Of a DNA stretch of 64,000 nt, positions 25,601 to 38,826 are shown piece by piece (position 1 is the first letter of the stretch; each line of letters begins with the position of its first letter). The translations under genes and the position numbers were made by a program. A model generated the notes under the pieces. It was not told the DNA's origin. It searched no databases and saw only the letters and a list, made by a program, of their open reading frames with translations. The DNA is from Lingula anatina. Its lineage: Eukaryota > Animalia > Brachiopoda. The stretch spans positions 27,924,503-27,988,502 of the forward strand of contig CM120640.1 in NCBI GenBank assembly GCA_051362555.1, given 5' to 3'.

Positions 25601-28600
25601 ACATATACCAAGGTCCAGCAGACACAGGGGGACATTGCTGACCAGAGTCCAGTTTACCACCAGCTGCCCAGTGAGGTGGTCAGTAACGCGGTCAATTTTT
25701 TCAAAACATACAAGGGATCTGAGCCTCTTAAAGCTGAGGTGCATGAGCTGGGAAAGAAGTTGAAGAGTTACAATGAGCTGCTGGAGGATTATGTACAAGC
25801 TCAGACTCTGAAAGAACTTGGTAGAGGTAAGTTTTGAATATCTTCTGTATTTCAAAATGTAACATTTTCATTCTTTGTACCGTAATATTTTTTCCTTCTA
25901 TATTGCAATTGTAGTTTGTGTTGGCAATGCTGTCTGTTTTACATTTTGGGAGCATAAGCAAAAGTGTTTAAATTATTTTAACAGTCTAAAATATATTCCT
26001 GCATTTACCAAGTGGCCTGAATGTCTTGATGGGTGAAAACATAATACTTAATTGACCATAATTTTCAGGGGTGGATGTAACTCGCTTTACAAAAGACAAT
26101 GAGTACAAACAAGAGACAATCTTAGGACTTGCTATGTAAGTATTAAGATATTTATTTTAAAAAAGCATTTAAACATCCTCTTTGTTTTGAGCTGTTTGCA
26201 AAAAAATATGCCAAAGAATGTTAGATGTTGTGAACTTTTGAAACTGATCACAAAGAGGAATAAGTTTACGAAGGGAACATCATCTTATGGGCATCTAAAG
26301 AAAAAACATAGGAAGAGTGTTCTTTATGGAGTTAACATATAATTGGCCTATAGTTGTATTTATTTGCAAAGTGTTATTAAATGACAAAAGCATTATTCCA
26401 TAATACACATCCCACAAACATACAGGGTGTGAAATATTTCAGGTCCCTTGAGCACAATGTGTACCAGCTGGCAGTATCTCTGGCACAGAAGTATGACATT
26501 CCATTATGGGAGGTGTACATGACACACTTGGAATTTCTTTTTACTGATAGTGGGTGAGTTTATATTAATATTATTGTTATTACCAGAAAATAGATATTTT
26601 GTTTGGACATTTGCTTGAAATTTTTTGGATGATTTTTTCAAAATGAAGACCCAAAAAGCATAAAGCAACTTTTGAATTTTTGGGGGAAATTTTTTAGCAT
26701 TTTGTATGTGGCTGTAAATTTACTAGCTTTGTCTTTGTTGTATATACTGTAATACATTAGGAAACTATGTATATACATAATGTTATTTTTTTCAGCCTAA
26801 GCACACATGACCTAGAACATGAAGTGCAGACAAAAAGCATTCTTGCTGTTCTTGTGTCCAAACCTGTAGAGTTTCTTGAGAGAATGCAGATGTATGTGTA
26901 CCCTAGTATCGGGGGTTCAGATCATGCCAGGCTGCTGTGTTATTACACTATGCTCTCAGGGTGTAGTGGAGAGGAGGCCATGACACCTGAAGTACATGTA
27001 AAGCTGTTGAAAAAGATCAAGCCTGCCGCTCCAGGTAAACAACTACCGCATTTGTTTTTTTTTCTTTCTATATCACATCAATTCTACTTTTCCAACAATT
27101 TCACATATTTTAAGGATATTGACTCATCTCACTTTGATAATGGTGGTTCTGGTATAATGTAAAAAAATTGTGAAATACTTGAGGTCTTTAGTGAAATCAG
27201 TATGTGGAAGTTTTTGATAGATATACATTTTTTGTGGGAAGGTAGTAGTTCACTATTTTAATTCCAGGTCTTGATTACAAGAAGTTAATGGATGGCAACC
27301 AGAAGCCCCTGGATATCATCAAACCCATTCTGACCAGTAGCAATGTCCATGTCATTGCTAAACTGGCTGCAAAGATCCCTAACCAGGTAATGCATTTGTA
27401 TTTATTATGATTAATTACTTTGCTCTTCAGGTCTATGGACCAATTGAGTGGAACGATCTCCCTATTTATTTAAAAACAATAGAGTCCGAGGACAATTTTA
27501 AAAAAGAATTAAAAACTTATATCTTCAAAAAGTTTTATAATTGATTTGACTGGCTGTTATCTTTTACACTGTACTGTTTATTTTTAATATCTTATCAATT
27601 TAATTACATTTTAGTTCACATCTTTAGTTCATGTCTTATTATTTTAACTACCCTTTCATTTATTTTAGTCATCTTATTCTGTTCATTTTACCCATGTAAA
27701 GTCTAATGAACATTTTATATGGATTTTAGACTATAAATAAATATTATTATTATTATATTATTGTTATTATTAAAGATTTATTTTACTTCTAAATAGGTTC
27801 TTTACTCTAAGAAGTAAAATAGTAGATAACAATGTTAACCTTCCAGATATGTAAATGAAATACTTGTATATGGTGTATTCATAATTTATTTCTGTATGTA
27901 AAGCCTTGATTGTATATGTCTTCTGTGTCTATACAGATTGTAATGTATTGTTGGCCAGAGGCCTTAAACTACAAAGAATAAATAAATCATCATTTATTAT
28001 TTATTACTTTGCCATGTGTGTTGTAATATGAAGAGTTATTTAAACACAAGCAAATAAATTTTATATATTCATTGCCTTTGTGGAGAGAATTCACAATAAT
28101 GTCAGCAAAATTTTATTGAATACAGATTACAGTTGTTTTTTTTTCCTTCTGTCCTAAGGCTGGTGGTTACCTGCAGCCCAGTGTTGTATTTTGTGCCTGG
28201 GCCATCAAGCTGTTTTGGGAGGGTGACCAGAATGCCAAGAAACTGCCCGATAGCAAGGTAAAGAAAAATTATATTTAAAAAAAATATTAGAATGAAAATT
28301 ACATTACAAAAATGTAAATGTTCAAATGGTTGTATTCTGCTTTTATGAAGCAGAAGTTATATGGTTATATATGTATATCATCATGGAAACATGTTATTTT
28401 ACAATCTCACAACTTTGACATCTGATTTGCAGGCAGAGTGGCTTCACAGGTATGAGTCTTGCAGCCAGTATCTTGAGAAGATGTCACCAGAAGACACCAT
28501 AGAGTTCATCTGTGGTATAACATTTGTGGAAACTGCTGTGGAACAAGTAAGTCAACATTTTAATTATTATTGAATAGAAACTGTTTTGTTTAAATATCAA

Positions 28601-31600
28601 TATTCAATCAAGGAAACTACAGATCGCTGTGGTTAAAATGTTTGGTTTGTAAACTGCCATGCAGATTTTGACTCCTAATAGAACTTTAACTTCATTTTGA
28701 AAGTTACATGACAGTAATTTATGGGCATGAATGAATTGTTTTATTGTAACTTTTTAGTAAAATATGTCATGTTGGAGTCATTGTTGATGTGTAAAGTTCA
28801 CAATTTAGAAATGCTAATTCACATTAGAAATAAATACAGCCGTGTTTTTTTATTTTCAGCTATCATTTGAATGCAGGCAAGAAATTGTGAGGAGGGGATT
28901 AAAATTTTGCCGACAGGAAGGAGGGAAGAAGAAAAAGATGGATGATTCTGGGTAAACATTAGTTTTAATGAAAAACTTAATAGAGCAGACATGTTTTGAT
29001 AAAGGGAATCTTTATCAAGTTATTCATATAATTATTTTTTTTACTTATTATTAAGTAATTCATCATTTATATGAATACATATTTATTACTTAAGGTGTGA
29101 AATTACATGGACAAATGCCATTGACAGCATGCAGGTGCTATTAAACCACTTAGACCTGCTGACCACCGAGACTTTCACTGCACTAAGGCAGGCTGAGGAT
29201 GAGGAAATACAGAGCTATGCCAAGTTGTTTGATCTTTCCAGAGGTGATGAAGTCAAGGTAAAATGTGGTAGTCTCGTGTGCCTCAGTAGTACAAAGGTTC
29301 CTTGATCTAAAGGTACTTTAGTCCTCGTTTTTTTTTATTTAAGAATTTTTTAAAATAAATAAGGGTTTATTTAAGAATGTTTTTCAGTAAGAGGCTCATT
29401 AGACTGAAAGCTCATTGGACCAAAACCTCTCTATATCGTTCTTTGTTTTGCTTTTGAATGGCAAGTGCAACCAGGGAATTGAAGTTTTTCATCAGTGATG
29501 TTGTTTAAATGCAATGCATCTTGAAGTAAGTTTTGAACCATTGAAACATTGGGCTGTCATGACACATGCACCCACAGTCTCAAATGAGGTGCAAGGTTTT
29601 GTAATGTGTTTTTGTTTGTGAGTGTTTGTATGCAATGGAATGTTTTTTTCAGTCACCTGATATTTATATGAAGAATATTTATAACATAAATTGCAGGTAG
29701 ATGGCAGTGTTATTTTTGTGTATTTGAATGACAGTGTACTTGAATTACATAACTTTTATCTTTTCATGCTCTTGTATATAAAATATTTGTTCCCAAAATG
29801 TCCTTTTATTTGAGCCCTTTATGTTTAGTGATATTTTCTGCAGTGTGTAATCGATGTTCTGTTCTATGATATTACCAAATTCCAATGTTTTCGATATGCA
29901 TAGTTTAACATATTAACATGTAAATTTACCATGCGTTTCTTTGCAGCTTCAAGAATTGCTGGTCAAGATTCTGCTGGATGGTCAGCCTATTGAAATGGTG
30001 GAAGATTTGCTGGCTGTGACCAGTATAGGCAACTGGACAGTGAACACAGCTGTAGTGGAGGCACTGGCTGTTATTACTGATTCTTACAGGTAAAGACCTT
30101 TGTACATTCCCAGCTTTGAAAGCTCATTGCATATTATCATATGCTGTATATGAAACTGTGCAAAGTGCAGCAGCAACATGTGTTTGTTACTCTACAACAT
30201 TTTTCATCCCTTGCTGCCACCCTTTCATATTGCTTTGCCATGGCCGGGTACAGAATCCTACAGTATTATTTTACAAAATTGTGAAATCTTTTCAGTGCCT
30301 AGACATTAATTTTATGTCTCTAAGAAATTCTTCTTTGGAGGCCTTTTTTTTATGTCTCCTTTTTTTGTCAGGAATCCAGACACAGCCAGTGTTATGCTAC
30401 AGGGGAAAGAGGGCCTGGAGGTGCTGAAGTCTTTAGTCATTCAAGTTAGTGAACACCACAAACATGGGTAAGAAAACTGTTTCTGTAATTCAGTGTATTT
30501 TTAATTTACTCCTGCAAACTATTTTTTTCAGACTGCATATTAACTTGCTATAAAATAAGATCACATACAGATGATACAGTTGTTAGTAATATTTATTGTA
30601 AGAGATCATAAGATTTTTTTATTTTTCTTTATATCAGGGGAGAGCTTGTAAATCCAGAGGATATTATTAACCTCTTGCGTCCATTTTGTGCTGACGCAAT
30701 TGTTCCTGTGGAGCCAAGATTAGATGTCCTGCAAATACTGGAGCAAGTATGTAATATAAGATGAGGATTATTATGAAAAAAAAATCAGTCAGTGTTATGA
30801 AATAATGTAAAAGAAGTTTTTTGTTTAAAAATTGTAAAATTGTATGGTGTGCTGATTAGTTTATCCCAATTAATGCAAAATAGAAAGTTTGGATGATGAT
30901 GTTATGTAAATTGTCAGCAAAATGCAAACAAAACCATTTAGAGATAACTTTTGATTGAGATATAAAGTACATGAAAGATAGCATATACATTAGAAAATAG
31001 TGGGTTAGGATGACAAAATATTTTCAGTGCTTTGATTTGACTGATAACGACCTAGTCCTATTGGTGCTATACAGAACTGATGCCATTGTATCTACAGCTT
31101 GGGAAGACAAGAAGGTAAGCAACCACATGACATGATCATTACAAATCTCTCTGAATTCCAAGTCCTGTAGCTGTCATTTAAGAGTTCTTTCAATTGTAGA
31201 TTTTAAAAATATTTTTGTATCAGTAATTGTTTTTCTAAATCAGTAATTGTTTTGCATTTTGTTAGATAGTTTTCTGGATTCTTGTGAATACATTTTGTCT
31301 GTTTTCCAGCTGACAGAGGCAGACATTAACTGTGACAGTGCCAGACAGGAGTTGTTCAATTCACTTCTGGGCTGCAGTGCAAACATGGCACAATATCTGG
31401 CTCTCAGTAAAATGCTCCGTGTGTGGCCCCTGCTCAGTAGCCTCAAAACCAGGTAGCACTTTATAAGATATAGTTGATTACTTATAGTAGCTAATCTGTC
31501 ATGCATACTTGCACACATGCAAACATGCAGCCATGCATCCATAATCACATACGTGCAAATGAATGCACTCAATGACATTTGGTTGTACTTCCAGGCACAC

Positions 31601-32902
31601 TTTCGGATGTTTTGTGAAAAGGGTAAATTATAAATATGATTGACCTCATACCTACAGTTTTCAATTTGAGATATTATATTGTATTGTATTTATGTTGAGA
31701 TATTATATATTTTATATTATATTATATTTTTATAATTATGTTCTTTGTTGAATAATTAGTAAGTTAGTTCATTAGAAATATGTATGCATTCTATAGTTCA
31801 GAAGATCCCACCAACCATCCTCTTGCCAAACTGTGCTGCGCTATGGTGGAGTGTTGTAATCAAGAAGGTGCTGAAGCAGTGTTGCGTATATGCAGAGAGA
31901 CTATAGCCATAATGCCACTTAGTGTGAAGGTAGGCGAACTGAACATAGTTTTTATCAATTTAAAACTACTACCTGATTTGATATGAATTATTTTTTTCCT
32001 GACCTGTAACTTTTTTCTTTGTTCTATGAAGGGTTTATTGCAAACTGTTCTTTTTTAAAAGGAGCTTTTATATTTTTGAAATATAAGTACTTAAGTATTT
32101 ATCTCCTTTATAGTTGTCATCAGAACTCACTGACTTGTCAAAGAATGTGACTTACATTATCATTGAACTATCAATATAAGAATTAATTTCAAAGTATTGA
32201 AAAGTGATACGAATGATGTTCAGAGTAATCAGTTAAATTGTCATGGTTCTTCAGTGTACACAGCATGTTGTGGGCCACATGTTGAACCATGGGCACTGTT
32301 TGCCAGCTGTTAAACTGTGTTTGATCACAGAATATCCAGATATGCATTCAAAAGCAGTGGAGGAACTGATTTCCAACCCACAGGTATGACTTCCTGCTTT
32401 ATATATCAGTATTGTATATAATTTTATATTTTTTTTCTTTTTTTTTTAATCTTTCTTTTTTGTTGCTCATTATGCAGAAGTTGGATGCAGTTATTGTTTA
32501 AAGTCATTTTGTCAAGACCATGTGTTCTTATTTTCTGATTATTATTATTTGTCTGTCATTGAGTCTTATTACATACTTACAATTCTGATATAATAAGTAT
32601 TTCATATTCTCCAGGTATTTGAAGATGAAGAACTTCTTAATCTTCTCCTCAAGCATAATCTTACATCAAAAATAGTAAGTACCCCATATTATTCCCTGGT
32701 GATAACCTACCTTCTGTCCAATCAGAACACGGAGAGTACATCACCTGATGGCATGGATGTTAAATCAGTTGCTAGGCAACTCCAGGAGGCTGGTCACATG
32801 GCAGAGGCTGGATCTCTGCTGCTAAAGTACAGAGGTACGCACTCCGCTTTGAGGACTTTTGATGCTGCTGTAGGGATTGTGAAACAATGGTTCAACAACT
32901 AA
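9164..32902 (+). CDS. NBAS: Neuroblastoma-amplified sequence (NBAS; Sec39-domain NRZ tethering subunit), about 57 exons
   Basis: Recognisable exon peptides occur in NBAS order: ENVLYDLTINAEWPQEPE, KDPHVQWRRLCWSMDGTMLAYA, DVNWWSKEALILARCSGAVTVSS, STTPEELYSRKIDNEEYGEAL, WVLHECLERVP, LSTYEEILG, LAILSNFPET, LVLQAAREYFDSS, GYHPFY, GVDVTRF, HARLLCYY and GHMAEAGSLLLKYRGTHSALRTF. The junctions checked are GT-AG and phase-consistent. The stop is at 32900-32902. Confidence 0.96.
19577..19643. repeat. (ATT)n microsatellite in an NBAS intron
   Basis: About 22 units are directly visible. Confidence 0.95.
23245..23586 (+). repeat. Five-copy 67-68 bp tandem repeat spanning an NBAS intron/exon boundary
   Basis: Units start at 23245, 23313, 23381, 23449 and 23516. 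The consensus is ATGTATTTTATAGCTGAGATTCTCGTATTGTTTTTTCAG|GACAAGGACTTCAAGCTAGCCCATCAGTT. Confidence 0.97.
27431..27771 (+). mobile_element. 5'-truncated L2/CR1-type LINE 3' end in an NBAS intron
   Basis: The start translates as YGPIEWNDLPIYLKTIESEDNFKKELKTYIFKKFYN*, matching the WN-LP...FK--LKT C-terminus of L2/CR1 ORF2. A T-rich 3' UTR and an (ATT)n tail follow. Confidence 0.75.
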
Positions 32903-35900
32903 TTTTTCCACCTTTTGACTGACAAAATTTGAAGATAGAAGTAAAAGTCAAGCTTATGAATTCAAGCAATAGAATGTGTTGATGACGATTTCATATGTCA
33001 CATACTTTTAAGAAACTGGTCAACAAAATAAACCTAAAATATAACTTTCATGTTAAATCCAATGTGTTTTTCAGGAAAATTTATTTTGACCATTTCCAAT
33101 TTTCGCAGAACAATTTGAATTCCGTTAATCATGGATAATGAAAATGAATAATAAATGGTGTGGTGAAAAGTGAATTTTTGTTTTTTGCCTCTCTTTCTGG
33201 CTGCAAACAGAAACTCCCCATCCTGAGAGTTCAGAAAGGCTGGCAGGTATTGATAATCTTGATTAGTTGGAAGCAGCTGGGCCATTTTGGTATTTTCTAT
33301 GGTTTATGATTTTTTTTCTGCATATACAAAGGATCAGGTGCATGATACAGTTGTGACATTCACAGTTTCTGAAACCAAAATGTTATCGATTCTAGTCAGC
33401 CCTATGCAAAATAAAGTAGGCAGTTGCTTGCTGCATTTTCATATATAAGCAAACTTACTGGATGCTCCATAAGGGCAGTTGTGTTAAGTCAGGCTCCTAT
33501 TGCTCTTAACCTCGACTGTCCTCCTCTAACACATTCTCTATGGCATGATCATCGTGTCTACTGATAGTTTATATGTAAATGATCGTGAAAATTAAGAGAA
33601 TTTGTGTAAAATTAATCTGATTTTAGGGGGTTTAAATGAGTATTTTCCTGGAAAACAATTTGCACACAATTGGCCTTGATATCAGAATCAAATCCTTTCT
33701 AGGATCTTCTTATCTATACTAGTGATGACATTTAACATTTATACCTGTGTGCTTAAGGTGTTATCTTGAAATTTTGTTAATGTTTTCTTTATATACTTTT
33801 CAAAATTATTATTTGACATTAAATGATGTGAAACAATTTCCTTTTCATTTCTCTCACTGAGAAACATTACTCTCTGCCAATACAGATTTGATGAACTATT
33901 CCAGGATTGGTAATTATTGGCTTGGTTATTACTGGTTGATCATTATCATAGACCAAAAAGAGTGATGTGAATCGACTTACTTATTTTTTAATTTATCAAT
34001 TTAATTTTGATAATGGTGGCTAAATCGGGTTAAAATGCCCTTTAAATATACCCTTTGGTTAAATATTCCCATCCAACAATAGCAACCTCCCAGTCCTTTC
34101 AAAACATACTCTGTTCAGTGATAGCCCTCTGTTTTACGGATAACAAAGTCCAGACAAGGTACTGATTTCAACTTCTGGATTGGAACTTTTTTAATTAGAA
34201 GGTTTTTTTTTTTTTACTTTATTTTTAACTGTCAGCCTGAAAGGCTGGGTTTGCCTTTGTAGACCTTCCCATCAAAAGTACTGATCAGATCTACTTCGAT
34301 ATTATTACAGTTTCACTCACATTACATCTGCATTGATTATGTTAGATCAAAGATAATTATTCTCAAGGACTTTCAAATTGATTGCCAACATGGAATAGGC
34401 AGGAACCTCAGCTTTGTTTACCAGACATGTAGCAGAATCTAAGTGCTGTGCTCTTTTTTGATAAGCATTTGCATTATTGGTTTTATTGGATTTCCATAAT
34501 AGAGACAAGTGTAATTTCATAGAATAAGTTAAATTATATTGATATTTTCACAATCAGGCCAATAAAACTGTCAATTTATGTACATTTACATGTCTTTAGA
34601 TGAAAGGTCTTGGCTAATTTGAAAGTTGAGCATGCTGATTCACTCCTGCTGCCGAGGCTGCTGTTGTAATTGATTTTACCCACAAAAGAGCATGCAGTGG
34701 ATTCATTTTTGAATATATCAAATAGTACAAGGTCAATTTCCAATTTTATACCCAAACCCAATTATTCCACATCACAAGAATGCTCTTTTTAATCTATTAC
34801 TTTGCAATCTTTACCTTAACACTGGTATATTGTACTTGAAGTAGCCTGGTATTGTGGATCAAATATCAATTTTACAAATCCCTCTCAAAATACAGCCCTT
34901 CTTTTGTTCATCACATCTTTTATCTCATATCCTTTCTTGTTAGTTTGTTTCATTCTTTCATTTTTGTGTGTCTTTTCCCAAGCCAACAATTTTTTTTTCT
35001 CAAAAATCAAAAACAAAGTTAGGTTATTCTCTGTTTAACTATAGGTATTTCAGCTATGTTCCTGTATAGAAAAACACATCTTTGTATCCAGAGATTTATG
35101 ACCTGTCTGCCTGTGATCAGGGCCCCTTGTCATTTGCGGGATAAAGCTGATCAAAGTTGTCAGGTGAAAAACACTGGTTGATAGTTACATGGTGTACATG
35201 TCATTTCATTTACAGGAACAATGGCACTGTGGACACAGGGTTGTGGGACAATGAGGGTGGGGCATGATAGGATCAGGCAGATGGACTCGGGTTTCCAGGT
35301 GTAGAAATATATCTGGTGGTGAAACAGGAGGGCTGGAAAAACTGATCTCATAATAACAGAGGCTTATTGTCTAAGTAGTGGAAAAAAGGAAAGAGATAAA
35401 ATGCTTAGATCTGTTTCTTGATGTGGTAATGAAATACGTTTGTTAATTTTAGGGTGCGCTTGTATGGAAACTGAGAATGATTGAAAATTGTCTGCAGATG
35501 GTTTTCATTAAAATCCTCAAAAACAAGAGACATTATGTGCTTTTTACTTTTTATAAAATAGATTTTAGTTTTCAATGTTTCTACAATTTTATCTTATAAA
35601 AGTATTCTAAATTTGTATGCACTCTCTCTCTCTCCGTCCCTCTGAATTATGCAACGGTCACACTTTACACAAAAAATGGTGTGAATATGTGTCCAATGTA
35701 TACGTTATTATTTGCTATAACAATAAACACACAAGACCCATTTTCTCTCTTTGAGTTAAATAAAATCCATTATCTTTTATCAGCAGACTTTCTGGCACAA
35801 TCAACAGTGCAATCAAACCTAAATATTTCATTTTCAAAGTCCAAATTTATTGTAGGCTATTACCTGGCTGTGGCGCTATGCGTATCCACCATGCACAAAG

Positions 35901-37482
35901 TTATAAATAAATGGAAATACCTGATAAAACTTTGATTTGACAGGCCATTGTGTTGTGATGTAATGGAACATGACCTCGGCATCTAAAGCTAAAACCCATT
36001 CAAGAGCAGAATATAACACTATAAAGCAGCTCTATATTACACTGAAATAACAGTAACAATAAGAGCAACTTTGACAAGAGTAGATGCAGGTTATATTGCA
36101 TAATCACACGGAAATGCATAGTTTTGACTAAATTCTTATAGATGAAAGGTAGAAAATATGATACCTGGCAAACTTTTGATTGGCATTCCCTTTAATGACA
36201 GTGTACGCATGATTAACCCTGCAAACCTGTAATTTTGACTTGACTAGGCTATACAGTTCACCCACTAGAATGTCAAATGTTTCACTGTGATTATAGAGGG
36301 TGAAAAGATGTTACAATATAATGTTGCAGTTAACATTTGAATGCAAAATTCATGTAGGTTTATAAGTTGTTGTTTATGATTCTGGTGCATCCAGATGCAT
36401 CGTTTTATCTGCCAGTTACAGTTTCTTGTACCATCCTAAATTTCATTTACTTCCTTACTGTTATTAATTTAAATTAATATTTCTTATAAATAAAGGGTAC
36501 ATAGACATATTTAAATGATGCAGGAAAAGTGCACCAAATTTGTGTGTTAAACTGTCCCCGGTTTAATTTATATCTTCCCTGGATAGGTTGTAAATTGTGA
36601 GTTTTATGAGTCTAGCTGAAATAAATGGACTGCTGATATAAAAGGAGGTGGCAATGTAAATTCTTTTACCTTCTCCTCCCTTCAGTGATTTTTATCAAAC
36701 AGAAGGGTTTTTCGTGTGTATGCCCAGTTTTTCTCGATGCAGTACTAGTATGCTGCACACACTGTCACAAAGTATGTAGCATCAAGGACAAGTTGACAAG
36801 TGATTTATTTCAAACATTTTTTCGAGGAGAAGATATGTACTCTTAAAGTCTAGTGAAAAAGTTACTTACTGTATTTTTTTCCTTATGACAGGCCACATTG
36901 TAAAAGGATGTTTTTCCTGCTTGTTAATTATACCAAGGAAAAATTAATCACTCAAGTTCAGAGTGAGGAAGTTACTTGATGAAAAATTGTTTTGAGTGAC
37001 AGGCCAGGTTGTCTTTGGAAAAATTTTCCAGGCTGTTGATTGGTTAGAGATCTCCCTAAGGGGGCTGTAACTGCCTTAATTAGCAAGCAACCCTGAGAGC
37101 ATAAGTGGCAGGCAGGGGGCTGTCAGTCAAACTCTCTCAACACCAAGGAGAAGGAACAATTTCTCGCATTTCAAAACCAAGCAGACATTCAGACAACAAG
37201 CTCAGTCTCTTCCAGACACCAGAGAGTGTGGAGCACACACTGATAAACACTGCCTCCATAGTCCAGCAGGGTACAAGCCAAACAGCCTCTCTCCAGTGGA
37301 GACTGGTTATAAATAGCACATGGGGCAAGCTGAAGAGTTGAATGTGATGTGTGTTGTTGTTAGTGGTTAACAAGTGGAGCGGCCTGCTGCTTGTTCTCTC
37401 AGGTTTACAGGAGAATTCCTTATTACTGACTGGCTTACAGATTTGTGTGTATGGGGATAGGGAACTATATCGCCGGCATGCG

Positions 37483-37563
37483 CATTGGAGAAAGCCTATT
37501 CTTATAAGGCTCACTGGCTTGTGTATTGGAGAAAGGCCCCTTTTTAAGGCTCACTGGCTTGTG
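37483..37563 (+). repeat. Two-copy 41-bp tandem duplication, each copy with an inverted CCAAT, upstream of GAS1
   Basis: ATTGGAGAAAG...TAAGGCTCACTGGCTTGTG occurs at 37484 and 37525. Confidence 0.8.
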
Positions 37564-38064
37564 AAGCCGAGCATAATGGATTTGTTGATAATAAGCAAAA
37601 CTTTGGCAGTTGAGGCCACTGTATAGAAATTCCGTAGTGTAACAAGATGGATGGATTACACGATCTTTACATAGTACAATCATGCCAGGGTACAGGGGGC
37701 TGCCAGTAGAGCAGGTAACTAGTTCACTAGAGCAAGTGCCACTAACTATTTGTAGCAATTTTAACTTGACCTTGCCTGAACTGATAATATCCAGAGACAT
37801 CAACCACCAAAACTTTGAAATTTCACTGAGGGGAAAACTGACTTACACTTGAGGCTATATAACTCGAGTACTGTGTACCAACCTGGCTGACATATATAAG
37901 TATGTGAATGAACCACAAGGAAAGATGTTTTGTCGTATAGTATGAAAGTTAAATGTGAAAGTACTGTGCATTGGCTAATATAAACTTGCATAGACATCGT
38001 TGAATTTCGTGAACCCAGAGGACCCTGGTGAGAACCTCCAGCCGTGCTCAGGATCATAACAGCT

Positions 38065-38826
38065 ATGATTCATGTCTGTAGTGTAGTTTTGTTGTGCTTG
38101 ATGATGGTCCCGATATGCACCTCAGAGCTCTGCAACGTAGCCAAGAGTAACTGCCTGAACCGTCTGGGTTGCCAGGCGGCCCTGACCAACTACCACATAT
38201 CCTGCAGTGGGGTGGTGGGAGGAGTGGGCCAGACCTGCACCCCACATTGCAAGCAGTCTCTCATATCTCTACTCTCGACGGACGATGAAGTGGGCTCCAA
38301 GTTTCTTCACTGTGATTGCAATGGCAGCCAGTTGTGCCTAGACACTCAAGAGCGTCTGAAGGTGTGTTCCAAGGATGTGTTGTCTGCGATGGTGAGCATA
38401 AACGATGATCACACCATCCTCAATTGTTCTCTAGCTATGTGGATATGCGAAGCGGACACGGCGTGTCTCACAGCTCTAAAACATTACGGGTACCAGTGTC
38501 CTTCGCAGTGGCAAAAGAAGCAGTGCTCTTTCACCTGCAACAATACACTGGATATACTCTATCGCCAGCAAAAAGCGAAAAAGCTTCGGAATTGTCACTG
38601 TGACAGTAATGAGCCGTACCCTGATGGGTATACTTGCCAGGAGACCAAGTATTACATTGATAAACTGTGTTTTCATCGCGAAACAGTCACTTTAGATTCC
38701 ATGTACTCCATCATAGCAGAAACAACTACACCTCATACCAGTGCAGGGTGGACTTTAAAATGCCATTTTAGTGTGTTACTAGTTACTTTTTTAATACATC
38801 TTAAATGGGGGAGTAGTGTAACGTAA
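38065..38826 (+). CDS. GAS1: Growth arrest-specific protein 1-like (GDNF/GAS1 domains, predicted GPI anchor), 253 aa, single coding exon
   Basis: The product has a signal peptide and two 10-Cys GDNF-receptor/GAS1 repeats (CTPHCKQSLISLLST...CDC; CEADTACLTAL...CSFTCNNTLDIL...LRNCHC). A Thr-rich spacer, a small-residue omega region (TSAG) and a hydrophobic tail follow. The first ATG is at 38065; the ORF track starts at an upstream GTG. Confidence 0.88.
   Translation: MIHVCSVVLLCLMMVPICTSELCNVAKSNCLNRLGCQAALTNYHISCSGVVGGVGQTCTPHCKQSLISLLSTDDEVGSKFLHCDCNGSQLCLDTQERLKVCSKDVLSAMVSINDDHTILNCSLAMWICEADTACLTALKHYGYQCPSQWQKKQCSFTCNNTLDILYRQQKAKKLRNCHCDSNEPYPDGYTCQETKYYIDKLCFHRETVTLDSMYSIIAETTTPHTSAGWTLKCHFSVLLVTFLIHLKWGSSVT

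Noticed and set aside
37105-38057. Cluster of 78-125 aa ORFs upstream of GAS1
   Set aside because: They have no recognisable motifs or consistent splice structure, and are explained by locally higher GC in a promoter or UTR region.
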